In this document: piece after piece, positions 19,784 through 28,931 of the stretch
Layout of the letters: the number at the start of each line of letters is the position of its first letter
Position numbering within the stretch: position 1 is the stretch's first letter
Source: an uncultured Acidobacteriota bacterium
GTDB taxonomy: Bacteria > Acidobacteriota > Vicinamibacteria > Vicinamibacterales > UBA2999
Direction: 5' to 3'
DNA: 64,000 bases
Assembly (NCBI GenBank): GCA_963741135.1
Contig: CAVUHC010000001.1
Coordinates: forward strand, 3,322 to 67,321
Position numbers and translations under genes: made by a program
Notes under the pieces: generated by a model
What the model saw: the letters and a program-made list of their open reading frames with translations, nothing else
Database searches by the model: none
What the model was told of the DNA's origin: nothing

Positions 19784-20701
19784 TTACTTCTTGAAGCGCT
19801 CTCCAAAACGCGCCCCCGTTAGGAACTCTTTATCCAGTTCGACGCATGTGGGAGCAGGGGGGAGCAGGGCCCCGGGGTTTGTTTGACGTTCCATCGGAGT
19901 GAGTACCCACGGCCGGATAAATGCCGGATCATCGACCGTCGTCTCGAGCCTGAGCACGTCGCCCTTTCTGGTAAATCGCTCGGTGACTTTTGTGTCCGGG
20001 CTCATGGGCCACCCGCGTTCGCTGTACCAGACAAGATCGGGGGCAAAGTCTACGGTCTCGACGACGAGAGTATCGCCTTCCCAGCGGCCGACGGTACTGC
20101 CCCCCAAAATATTTGCGCCTTCGTATTGATCCTCTGATCGCAGCGCTCTGCCGTCGGTCGCCACTTCACGAATTGCTGAACGGGCCCCGCCGTACCGCAG
20201 CAGCACCTTGTGCGGGAACTGAATGATCTCCGCTGGGAAACCTCGCTTGACGATGCCTACCTCTTGACACCCCCAGCCGGGATCGGCCGGCCTCTCATAC
20301 CCGAACTCTTCGTTGTCTCGTACCTGCTCCCAATGTTCGGGCTTGTAGAGAGGCATGTTCTCGCGGTTGGACTTGATGATGATTTCCTGATCGATCTCCA
20401 GCCAGAAAAAGTCCCCGTCTCGCACTGCCCACGCGCTTTCATTGGCATTGGCCTGGTTTGGAGTGTTACCGTCATAGAGATAGAACGCTCTCGGCCCTCC
20501 GGCCGCAGCGGCGGCGGCTGGGACCTGTCGGTTCCAGACACCGTTCAGATCGGGATGGCCTTGTGCCGTGCGCGGTGTAGGCGCGCTCAGCAATTGCTCA
20601 CGCGTACGAGGTGCTGCGGGGGAAGGAGCCTGCGCCAAACCCTGCTGCGCCAGAGCGGCAGCGATTCCAACGGCAACAAGCGCTTTCGACACGATACGCA
20701 T
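19784..20701 (-). CDS. Exported hypothetical protein (GHPDLNGVW family)
   Basis: Signal peptide; PTPRTAQGHPDLNGVW, GRWEGDTLVVET and VTERFTR...DDPAFIRPW. Confidence 0.75.
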   Translation of the reverse strand: MRIVSKALVAVGIAAALAQQGLAQAPSPAAPRTREQLLSAPTPRTAQGHPDLNGVWNRQVPAAAAAAGGPRAFYLYDGNTPNQANANESAWAVRDGDFFWLEIDQEIIIKSNRENMPLYKPEHWEQVRDNEEFGYERPADPGWGCQEVGIVKRGFPAEIIQFPHKVLLRYGGARSAIREVATDGRALRSEDQYEGANILGGSTVGRWEGDTLVVETVDFAPDLVWYSERGWPMSPDTKVTERFTRKGDVLRLETTVDDPAFIRPWVLTPMERQTNPGALLPPAPTCVELDKEFLTGARFGERFKK

Positions 20702-20714
20702 TTCGATTCTCCCG

Positions 20715-21164
20715 CTAGTTTTTGCGGCTCAACGTCATCAACGTTAGATCGTACCCGGACAGAAAGTCCGTCGGCCGTGCCTCGAGGCCCTGCGCCGTGT
20801 TGATCTCCAAACGACCGTCCGATTGGAACCGATAGATGCCTTCCCACACGTCACCTTCGTGTGGCCGTATAAGGTTCTTGCCGCGGAAGGCCAGGTCAAT
20901 GGTCCGCGCTTCGGGGTTCAGGCGGTACGTGCCCGAATAGGAACTTCGCTGTGGCCGCTCGATCGCGAACGTCTGGTCGGCGTTGAAGGTCACCGTCGCT
21001 CCCACCATCTCCTGAGGGGGTAACGACTTCCTTACGGACTCTGTCACCACCCATGTCCCCACGATGCTTTGAGATTGGGTGTACGCGACACCCCCAGGGA
21101 AGCACGAGAACATGGCGAGAACCGCCATGAACGCCGCCGTAGATTTCGGTCCCCTCAGTGACAT
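20715..21164 (-). CDS. TIGR03067-like domain exported protein
   Basis: GTWVV, GTYRLNP..TIDL, GIYRF..GRLEI and RPTDF pattern. Confidence 0.65.
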   Translation of the reverse strand: MSLRGPKSTAAFMAVLAMFSCFPGGVAYTQSQSIVGTWVVTESVRKSLPPQEMVGATVTFNADQTFAIERPQRSSYSGTYRLNPEARTIDLAFRGKNLIRPHEGDVWEGIYRFQSDGRLEINTAQGLEARPTDFLSGYDLTLMTLSRKN

Positions 21165-21170
21165 GATGCC

Positions 21171-21593
21171 CTACGCGGTGGGATCTCCGGACCAGACAAT
21201 ATGCGATTTTCCATTCACGACAATTTCCGCCAGGAAGCCGCTCGGCGCCCCGTTATGGGCCCGCAAGCCGCGAATCGTGTAGGTCTCCCCCACTTTCAAG
21301 GTCTCCTTGCCGAGTCCGAGGCCGTTGAGTCCCCGGATTCCGACGGTGGCGATCTCCCACTGTTCGACTTCACCTTTCTCGTTCTTGACGGTGAAGTAAA
21401 GATGCACGTGCGGATTCACGAAGCTCGCCTTGGTCAGCACGGCATTGTCGAACTTGAACGGCCAATCGTAATCGTACTGGGCGGACAGGGAATGGTGAGC
21501 ATGCGTGGGATACGCGACGCCGGCCACGAGGGTCATAGCCAGACACACGCGCAAGCACAACTTGTTGTAGCTCGATTTCCTCACTGGCTCCAT
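21171..21593 (-). CDS. DUF6152-like exported protein
   Basis: Signal peptide ending AHA-HHSLSAQYD; FVNPHVHLYF, W.IA and LKVGETYTIRG; start uncertain. Confidence 0.7.
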   Translation of the reverse strand: MEPVRKSSYNKLCLRVCLAMTLVAGVAYPTHAHHSLSAQYDYDWPFKFDNAVLTKASFVNPHVHLYFTVKNEKGEVEQWEIATVGIRGLNGLGLGKETLKVGETYTIRGLRAHNGAPSGFLAEIVVNGKSHIVWSGDPTA

Positions 21594-21657
21594 AGCATTG
21601 ACTCCTCTAACGATCATCGCCTCAACGTGTTTCGCATCGGCGCGTGTTCACATCCCA

Positions 21658-22566
21658 TCATCGACCCGCCGAGGTCGAGATGATATTCGCAGGAATCGGA
21701 AAAATGACATAGGGGTTGGTGCACCAGCAGGTTTTGACTTGTACATCGAGGATCGTGCGGCCATTGAGCTTGTGCACGATGCGGCTCGGGAAGGTGAACC
21801 CGCTGAACGCTTCATCGCTCCGCAACGGATCAATCGGTTCGTAATCCCGATACCCGGAATATTCTGCCGTCAAGGTCGCCCGGCGCAGGACGGGGTGATC
21901 CACCGTCATCTCCACCAGCTCGGGATGACGGTCACGATCGAGTCGAATCTTCGTATTGTTCGTGGGAAAACTCAGTTCATAGGTCCGGTTTCCCAGGTCC
22001 GTCACTTTCACCTGTTTGACATTCTGATGCGCCAGTTTGATCGCGCCACCGGGGGTGATGGCCAGCAGTTTCTGCCGCCAATCGCGAAGCTGCGGTGCGG
22101 GGGTCTGCGACTTCCCCACCGGCGGGCCCTCGGCTGCAACATCCTGCTCGTTCCAGGAGGAATCGCCGGCGACAGCCCACACTGTGCGCTGGCCCTTGGA
22201 CGTGGTGAGATCGGAACGGAGCCCCGATTCAGGGTCGTAGGCGACTTCGACATAGTACCGGCTCAACTCAATCCGGGGCCAATCCGCCGGGTTTGTGGTG
22301 GTGCCCTCCCACATCGCCCCGGAGCCTTCGTAGCGCAGACTGGACCAGACGTCGTATTCCCCCACCCCGCGCAACATGCCCATCGCCCGCGCGGAGGTAT
22401 AGATCAGTCGGGCCGCTGTTGGCTCAAAGGTGCGAACCACCCAATCGCTCGCCCGCGGGTTCGCCGGCGGCGCCCCCTGCCCGTAGATAAGGTGGCTGAA
22501 CCCGACGAAGCACGCACAGAACAAGAGGATGAATGTCGGCTTCAAAGGATGGGTTCTTATCGTCAT
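21658..22566 (-). CDS. Exported hypothetical protein
   Basis: Signal peptide; ARAMGMLRG near the N-terminus and TCWCTNPYVIFPIP near the C-terminus; first gene of a four-gene run. Confidence 0.7.
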   Translation of the reverse strand: MTIRTHPLKPTFILLFCACFVGFSHLIYGQGAPPANPRASDWVVRTFEPTAARLIYTSARAMGMLRGVGEYDVWSSLRYEGSGAMWEGTTTNPADWPRIELSRYYVEVAYDPESGLRSDLTTSKGQRTVWAVAGDSSWNEQDVAAEGPPVGKSQTPAPQLRDWRQKLLAITPGGAIKLAHQNVKQVKVTDLGNRTYELSFPTNNTKIRLDRDRHPELVEMTVDHPVLRRATLTAEYSGYRDYEPIDPLRSDEAFSGFTFPSRIVHKLNGRTILDVQVKTCWCTNPYVIFPIPANIISTSAGR

Positions 22567-22712
22567 GACGTGTGAATCCTAAAGGAAACGCAACAGACCA
22601 ACAAGTCAGACTGGTTACCAAGGACGATCAGGCACAGTTTGCTTTGGTGTGGATACGCGCAGACCGGGCCCCGTGAGCGGGTCACGCGCCGAGGACCCCA
22701 CAACGCCTCGGT

Positions 22713-22979
22713 TTAGGTCTCTCGTCGAACTGCACGTGCCGGCTTATCCGATCGAAGCCCGATAAACGACCCGTGTCTCAGCAGCCCTTCAGCCGTCCAT
22801 TCCACAAATCGAATCTGCGCGACTGATTTTGGCCGCAGCCACTGCATATCCTTCATCTCCTCGCGTGTGACGCCGCTTCCCCAACGACCGGTCTTGCTCG
22901 CCGGGAGATCCGCAAACGGACACCTCGCGGAATGCAGGGGCTTCAGTGCGTCGTACACCTCGCGTCTGACGTGCGGCAT
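22713..22979 (-). pseudogene. C-terminal OB domain fragment of LigD-type ATP-dependent DNA ligase
   Basis: CPFADLP...WLRPKSVAQIRFVEWTAEGLLRHGSFIGLRSDKPARAVRRE; 5' part replaced by an IS fragment. Confidence 0.8.
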
Positions 22980-22990
22980 AGCCTCGCGTC

Positions 22991-23260
22991 GTGACGTCCG
23001 TCGTCGTCTCGCTGCTCCACTCGCTGCGCCTCCTCGTCAAGTCACGAGCCGCGCTGCACCTGGAAATCATCGCGCTCCGACACCAGCTCACCGTCGTAAA
23101 TCGATCGCGCCGCCAACACCTCCGTTTGACGTCGGCAGACCGGATGCTGTGGGCGTGGCTCTCGCGAGCATGGTGCAGCTGGCGGTCGGCTGTTCACATC
23201 GTCAAGCCGGAGACCGTCATCGCCTGGCACCGACGCGGCTTTCGCCTGTTCTGGACCTGG
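22991..23260 (+). pseudogene. 5' fragment of the rve transposase family seen at 29922
   Basis: High similarity to 29922-30190 (LHLEIIALRHQL...WHRRGFRLFWTW). Confidence 0.85.
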
Positions 23261-23622
23261 TGGATCGGATTAACAGCACCGATGGCATCGTGTACGTCTC
23301 GGAAGGTCAGTGCGGCCATAAGGTGCGGGCCTGCCTGTCGAGCACGATGACGATGGCCGGCCCCAACCGAGTGCTCCGAATCCTTATCGACCCACGGAAG
23401 GTGGATCTCGAAGTCATGGGATCCATCGGGCATGAACTGCAACATGCTGTGGAAGTCCTCAGCCATCACAACATCAGGAGCGGCGGCGCCATGACCTCGC
23501 TCTATCTCCTCAATAGCGGTTGCCACTGTGGCGATCGGTTTGAAACCTATGCGGCAATCGTGGCGGGTAATGCCGTGCGTACTGAACTGCGAGACGCGCG
23601 GCTGCAGAGCGTCGCAAAATGA
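23261..23622 (+). pseudogene. 3' fragment of an HExxH-containing hypothetical protein
   Basis: DGIVYV..GQCG...IGHELQHAVEVL; 5' end lost at the junction with the IS fragment. Confidence 0.5.
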
Positions 23623-23893
23623 CGGGCGCCCCTATCCAGAAGTGTGGCGGTCCCAGTCTCGACGTGTTCCCGCTCGATGGATCGCAGACCCGCTGCGCCG
23701 ACACTCCACAGATCGTTGGAGTGAGTGGCGCGGAGCGGACTCTCAGCCCGAAGACGGTGTCAGTTCCGGTGTCAGTTCGTTTCGCAGTTGGCTGCGTTTT
23801 TCTGGCAACATCATTGAGTGAACATCTTCCTAATTCGAATAAAAACATGCTGTTGCGGGTTGCCGCACTTTGGTGCGGCAACGCCTGAGCGCC

Positions 23894-23932
23894 TCAAAAG
23901 GTCGGTGCTCTATCCACCTGAACTACCGTCGC
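23894..23932 (-). pseudogene. 5' half of a degenerate tRNA (Arg-like)
   Basis: GCGACGGTAGTTCAGGTGGATAGAGCACCGACCTTTTGA gives acceptor 5' strand, D arm with A20 and anticodon 5' stem, then stops. Confidence 0.6.
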
Positions 23933-24197
23933 AAAAACTATTACTTTTCGTAGCGAATGCACCGCGCGGTTTGCGCTTCGAAATCCAAATGCCATGTACG
24001 GCGCGAAGAGGCGTGTGACCCACTGTTCTCGGCCGGCCTTAAATGCCTGAGAGTCCTGTGTCGAGCCTGGGTCAAGGCCGCCAGCCCCGCGCGGCGGGGT
24101 CGAGCGCCGCGAGAGCCTTGAGGCGGGCGAGCACAGGATTAGGCTACCGAGGGCCGGCCGGGCGTGACCCCATATCACCGGATCCCCGGGAGCCGGG

Positions 24198-24203
24198 TAT
24201 AAT
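24198..24203 (+). promoter_or_regulatory. -10 box for a probably leaderless higBA transcript
   Basis: TATAAT ending 7 nt before the GTG at 24211. Confidence 0.5.
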
Positions 24204-24210
24204 TGGACAG

Positions 24211-24504
24211 GTGATTCAATCGTTTGGTGATCCGGCTACCGAACACATCTTCTACGATGAAGATACGAAGCGGGCGCGAACGATTCCGAAGGCACTCTGG
24301 CCGATCGTGCGGCGCAAACTGTCCTACGTGCACGCCGCTGCGACCTTGGCTGACCTCCGGGTCCCGCCGGGCAATCGGCTCGAAGCGCTCAAGGGTTCAC
24401 TCGCTGGCCGGTACAGCATCCGCGTGAACGACCAATACCGAATCACGTTTCGGTTCGACGCCGGCCATGCTTGGGAGGTGAGCTGTGAAGACTACCACTC
24501 GTAA
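24211..24504 (+). CDS. higB: HigB (RelE superfamily) toxin
   Basis: IQSFGD..TE.IF...DLRVPPGNRLEALKGSLAGRYSIRVNDQYRITFRF...EDYH. Confidence 0.92.
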   Translation: MIQSFGDPATEHIFYDEDTKRARTIPKALWPIVRRKLSYVHAAATLADLRVPPGNRLEALKGSLAGRYSIRVNDQYRITFRFDAGHAWEVSCEDYHS

Positions 24505-24793
24505 GACGACGCGCGTCGTCGATCTCCGACGGATGCGCCGGCCGCCAACGCATCCCGGCGAGATGCTCCTCGAAGAATTCCTGAAGCCGCTCGGCCTCAC
24601 TCAGGCGGAGGCTGCGACGCGCATGCAGATGACGACGAATCGCTTGAACGAGATCATCAAAGGCAAGCGCGGCGTGACCGCGGACACAGCGTGGCGACTG
24701 TCGGCGCTACTGGGCACGTCTCCTGAGGTGTGGATGAACCTGCAGATGAACTGGGATCTGTGGCACGCGGCCCGGACCCGCAGCATCGCCTGA
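24485..24793 (+). CDS. higA: HigA antitoxin (HTH)
   Basis: PTHPGEMLLEEFLKPLGLTQ...LNEIIKGKRGVTADTAWRL...WMNLQ..WDL. Confidence 0.92.
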   Translation: MKTTTRKTTRVVDLRRMRRPPTHPGEMLLEEFLKPLGLTQAEAATRMQMTTNRLNEIIKGKRGVTADTAWRLSALLGTSPEVWMNLQMNWDLWHAARTRSIA

Positions 24794-24881
24794 ACCGGCC
24801 CGATCACCAGCGACTCGACGAGATTTTCTGACCGTAGTTTTGACCACAGTTCGCGCTGTCCAGGGTGTGTGACCAAGTCCG

Positions 24882-26099
24882 ATGGCGTCTGTATTTCCCA
24901 ATGAATCGACGCGGTTGCAAGCACAGGCCGACCTGGCACTGCCATCAGACTTTGCTGCGGCCGGGGCGGTGAACCGTCTGCACGATGCATTCGAGGCGTT
25001 CATGGCGGCCGTGTACAGGCACTTCAACGGGTCAGATACGTGGGTGAACTTCGATGCGTACCCAGAGAAGATTCGTCAGACCACGAAACGGCGGCTCGCC
25101 CACGATCAAGTTGTCAACGAGCTGAATACGCTTCGTGTCAGTGCCAAGCATCACGGAAATTGGCCTCGGTATCAAGACGTTCGAGCGTTGGCCGTGCGCT
25201 GTACCGCCTTTCTCGAAGAGAACTGTAGTCAATTCTTTGGTGTGCCATTTTCAGATGTTCGGTTGTCGTCGTTTGTCGAGCATGAAGAGGCGCGCGCGTT
25301 TCTTGCTCAAGCCGAAGACACGATGCGTGATGCCCACTACGTTCAGACACTGGCGTTCCTGCAAGCTGCGTTTCAAACCTTTATCGGAGACGCCACCGGC
25401 GAGCGATTACCGAGGGGACAAACTGCGCTTCTGCCCGCATGGTCGCTCCCGACGCGAGGCGATCTTGAAAGAGTATTTCCTGAGCAGCGGGCGCGTGACC
25501 TCATGGTCAAGCTCGTGTCGGAATTGGAGAAGACTCAGGAGCTGGTGCAGCTACAAGCCATTGGGGTCAACCCATTGGAGAAGGCCGTATTCGATGCGAT
25601 CACTCCCGGCGTGCATCTGAGCGAGGCGGGGACGATCATCGGAGAGCCGTACTATCAAGCAGGCGAGTCACTGTTGGCCACACCGGAAAATGGACACTGG
25701 GCGATGAACTATGTCCTCGGCGCAATTTTGCGGTTCCAGACGATTCCGGCGCCGTTTGATGCATGGGGCAAGTACAAGTTGAGAGTCGTTGCAGATTGCC
25801 CCGTCGTCGATGGAGAGGGCTCCGAGGTCGGACGCCTCAATGCGGGGGCCATCATTGAGGACTGCCGCCCTGAAAATCGAACCACACGTAAAACACACGC
25901 GGCCTGGCGGCCGGTGTGTTTCGATCAAGGTTTATCGATAAAAAAGGTTGGTTGCGGGGGCGCGCAACCATCTGTATTTGGAGTTTGCCTGGGCGGCTGC
26001 TTGACGCACACTGGCGTTCATCCGCCTCCTCAGGCTGGATTCGAACCAGCAACCCTCCGGTTAGCAGCCTGTTGTGCGCCGCCTTGGCGACGCTGCTGA
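24882..26099 (+). CDS. HEPN-like domain hypothetical protein; both ends abut recombination junctions
   Basis: LHDAFEAFM and LNTLRVSAKHHG (RxxxxH); lower GC than the flanks; the last ~50 codons run through att scars. Confidence 0.55.
   Translation: MASVFPNESTRLQAQADLALPSDFAAAGAVNRLHDAFEAFMAAVYRHFNGSDTWVNFDAYPEKIRQTTKRRLAHDQVVNELNTLRVSAKHHGNWPRYQDVRALAVRCTAFLEENCSQFFGVPFSDVRLSSFVEHEEARAFLAQAEDTMRDAHYVQTLAFLQAAFQTFIGDATGERLPRGQTALLPAWSLPTRGDLERVFPEQRARDLMVKLVSELEKTQELVQLQAIGVNPLEKAVFDAITPGVHLSEAGTIIGEPYYQAGESLLATPENGHWAMNYVLGAILRFQTIPAPFDAWGKYKLRVVADCPVVDGEGSEVGRLNAGAIIEDCRPENRTTRKTHAAWRPVCFDQGLSIKKVGCGGAQPSVFGVCLGGCLTHTGVHPPPQAGFEPATLRLAACCAPPWRRC
25949..26004 (+). mobile_element. att scar 2 (tRNA-fMet core plus serine-type att half)
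   Basis: TGGTTGCGGGGG-CGCGCAACCA-TCTGTATTTGGAGTTTGCCTGGGCGGC. Confidence 0.75.
26026..26069 (-). pseudogene. Second tRNA-Asn 3'-half remnant
   Basis: Minus strand GCTGGTTCGAATCCAGCCTGAGGAG (T arm and acceptor); matches 5063-5110. Confidence 0.7.
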
Positions 26100-26179
26100 G
26101 GCTTGCGGCAGATGGCTCGCTCTTATTCATGTTACCTGACCGTCGCCGCGGCTCCGCGTGAACGGAGCCAAGTTCAAAG

Positions 26180-27277
26180 TTAGGTTTCCTTGAACATCAG
26201 CTTTTTGGCCTTGGCCTTGACCCTCAATATTCTGGTCGACGAGGCGAGGTAGAGGTAGCCGTCTGCGCCGAGCTCGCAATTGGATACGCCCTCGTCCGTA
26301 CTGATAGAGCCGATCAGCTCGCCTCCCGGCGTGAACACCGTGACCGCTCCGCGGGTTGCCGCCCACATGTTGCCGGCTGTGTCGATTTTCAGGCTGTCGC
26401 CGCCCATCACGACACTGCGGGCCACGAAATTGCGGCGGTTCGAGGCGTTCCCCTGCTTGTCGAGGTCCCACACCACCCAGCCTGTGGGGCCGTCGGTGTG
26501 ATAGAGCTTTGTCCCGTCCGGCGAGACGCCGATCCCATTCGGCGCACTCATGGTGTCGATCAGGTGCAGGCTGTTGTCGGGTGCAAGACGGAAGACCCCC
26601 GCGTAGTCGAGCTCACGGTCGGGGCCAGTGCGGTTGACCAAGGCGGCGGGAGGATCGCTGAAGTAGATTGAGCCGTCGGGGCCGAGCACGACGTCGTTGG
26701 GCGAATTCAACCGCTTTCCCATGTACTTGTCGACCAGCACGGTCTTCTTCTTGGTGGCGAGGTCGATGCGGAGAATGGAACGTGCGCCCGATCCGGCGGC
26801 GATGAGACCGCCGCGTCCCAGGATCAGGCCGTTGGTACCGGGCTCGCGAAGGTGGGGGGCCCAGCCTACTCCGTTGGCGTCATAGCCAGAATTCTCCAGC
26901 CAGATCGAACGGCCCTCTGTCGGCGACCATTTGACGATGTGGTTGACCTGGGTGTCGGAGGTCAGCAGGTAGCCGTTAGCGCCGCCAACCCAAACCGGCC
27001 CTTCGGCATGCAGGAAGCCGTCACAGACCTTCTCCACCTTGGCGTCGGCGTCAATGAGGGCGTCGAGGCGGGGATCAAGCCGGTTGACCTTGCCAGCCTC
27101 CGGGTAGGGCGGCTTGAAGTCTGTGGGAGGAGCCCCGAACACTGGGCCTTTCATCGGCTGGGGCGGTGCAGGCGGTGTCGCGGGCGCTTGAGCGCCGACG
27201 ACCCGGGCCAGGGCGGCGGCGGGGCCGGCGGCCACGAGGGCTCCGAGCAAGGTTCGGCGAGAAAGCTGGTTCGGCAT
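26180..27277 (-). CDS. Tat-exported SMP-30/gluconolactonase family protein
   Basis: SRRTLLG Tat motif; AEGPVW, LNSPNDV..GSIYFSDPP and PNGIGVSPDG. Confidence 0.9.
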   Translation of the reverse strand: MPNQLSRRTLLGALVAAGPAAALARVVGAQAPATPPAPPQPMKGPVFGAPPTDFKPPYPEAGKVNRLDPRLDALIDADAKVEKVCDGFLHAEGPVWVGGANGYLLTSDTQVNHIVKWSPTEGRSIWLENSGYDANGVGWAPHLREPGTNGLILGRGGLIAAGSGARSILRIDLATKKKTVLVDKYMGKRLNSPNDVVLGPDGSIYFSDPPAALVNRTGPDRELDYAGVFRLAPDNSLHLIDTMSAPNGIGVSPDGTKLYHTDGPTGWVVWDLDKQGNASNRRNFVARSVVMGGDSLKIDTAGNMWAATRGAVTVFTPGGELIGSISTDEGVSNCELGADGYLYLASSTRILRVKAKAKKLMFKET

Positions 27278-27458
27278 CGCGTGTCCTCCTCCTTGTTTGC
27301 TATAGGTGCGTAACCTAGGCTGAGAGTGCGAAGCGAGTCAAATGCCATTCGTCGTTGAAATTCGTGACGGCTACCTAGCTTACGCGGCCGACTTCTTCCC
27401 TTCTCGACCTACCGGTGCAGGGCCTGCTTGCAACAGCGGAAGTGCCTCATAGCGTCTT

Positions 27459-27700
27459 GTGGGCCGGGTTGCTCGCCAGGTCGACCTTCGCAACGGGGCT
27501 CATGTGCTGCGCCATACGTTCTCTTCGCATCTAGGGATGGTGGGGCGGTGCCAGGGCCATTCAAGAGTTGGCAGGTCACCAGGACTTGTCCACAACTCAG
27601 GGATACATGCACGTCCGTCCAGCGGCAATCGAGAGCGCCATTCGATTGCTCGACTCCCCTGCTGTGCTCCTCAGTCTGGGAAATAGTGGGGAGACGACCA
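27459..27700 (+). pseudogene. C-terminal fragment of a tyrosine integrase
   Basis: HVLRHTFSSHL / AIQELAGHQDLSTTQGYMH across one frameshift. Confidence 0.8.
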
Positions 27701-27738
27701 CAGCTACTCCCTAAAAACGGCAAATTTATTGGTGATTT

Positions 27739-27793
27739 TGGTTGCGGGGCTCGCAAGCATCTGAATTTGGAGTTCGCCTGGACGGCAGCGTAG
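27739..27793 (+). mobile_element. att scar 3 (tRNA-fMet core plus serine-type att half)
   Basis: TGGTTGCGGGG-CTCGCAAGCA-TCTGAATTTGGAGTTCGCCTGGACGGCAGCGTAG. Confidence 0.75.
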
Positions 27794-27979
27794 CTCGAAT
27801 CAGATGAATTGTCGGCGCTGTTGGCTGAAGTGAAGAAGGCTGCGCCTTACGTGCGCGCGGTGCAGCGAGTGAAAGAGGCGGAGGAGCTCGTCGCCGTAAA
27901 AGCGCGCTGCCTGTCTCGCGGCTCCATCGACGCGCTGCTATTACGCGCGAGCTGCATGAAGGGACTTCGGTTGACCGAG

Positions 27980-28304
27980 CTACTCGGTGCCAGACTTCGC
28001 ACTGGGCCGCCATCCGACTTGTCGCCCCTTCTCCATCATCTCCTCTGCGACGCTCGTGATCGTGATTCCGCGGCTCCGCCCCTTTCCTGCGCGTGGATGT
28101 GTCAATCGCGCGCCGAGTGCAGCCTCCGCGCGCCGGAGATAGCCCCACGCATGGCGATACGACCAACCCACAGTCTGCGCAGCACCTGTAAGTGATCCCG
28201 TCGTCGATACCGCATTCAGAAGATCGAACCCGCCTTCGCCGATCACGAATTGTCCGTCCACCTCGAACCACACCTTGCGGCAGACGGCGAGCTTCTTTAG
28301 GCAT
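27980..28304 (-). CDS. ModE N-terminal-like winged-helix regulator, with a probable 1-nt indel just after the ATG
   Basis: KVWFEVDGQFVIGEGGFDLL.A...GSLTGAA..VGWSYRHAWGYL; no TOBE domains. Confidence 0.75.
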
Positions 28305-28352
28305 GACGAAACCGTTTGACCGGAGCCGCGGCGCTTCGCAGGATGGGACGGC

Positions 28353-28931
28353 ATGGAATCAGTGTATCGCGCGACAGGAGAGAGCCGTCCGTCGCTAGCG
28401 TTGGTGGCTGCGGTGTTCGCTCGTGACTCAAATCTGACCTTCGGAGGCGGAACCGCCACAGCCGAAACGCTGCGGCGAGAGGTCGTGGCGAGGCGAGGGT
28501 GGGTGCTCGATTCAGATTTCAGACTGGCCTACGCTGCGTCTCGATTGACGCCTGGGACGAACCTGTTAGCGATATGCGCGGCGCTAGGATCGCGGATCAG
28601 AGGCCTTGAGGGGGCTCTTATAGCGCTTCTTGCGTCGTCGATTCCGAGCGCGGCAATCGTGGCAATGATGATGGCGAGTTACCAAGATGTTGCACAGTAT
28701 CCGGGCGTAGCCAATGCGGCACGGGGAGCGGTTGCCGTTTCCGCAGTTTTGCTTCTCTCGAGCGTGTGGGCGCTAATCCACCCACAACTCGCATCAGGGA
28801 AGCGATTCCGCGCGGTGCTGTTAGTCGCCCTTTGCTGGGCCGCATACGACTTGTTCCAGTTCAGTGCCTTGACCGTGCTGCTTGCCGCTGCCCTAGTCGG
28901 CAGCCTGTCGTCTGAGGGTTCCGCCTCGTGA
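28353..28931 (+). CDS. Short-chain chromate transporter (CHR), subunit 1
   Basis: LTFGGG...RREVVARRGW....F..AYA.SRLTPG. Confidence 0.85.
   Translation: MESVYRATGESRPSLALVAAVFARDSNLTFGGGTATAETLRREVVARRGWVLDSDFRLAYAASRLTPGTNLLAICAALGSRIRGLEGALIALLASSIPSAAIVAMMMASYQDVAQYPGVANAARGAVAVSAVLLLSSVWALIHPQLASGKRFRAVLLVALCWAAYDLFQFSALTVLLAAALVGSLSSEGSAS

Noticed and set aside
5063-26069. Functional tRNA-Asn genes at 5063 and 26026
   Set aside because: Only 3' halves are present; no D arm, and the T loop or anticodon is mutated
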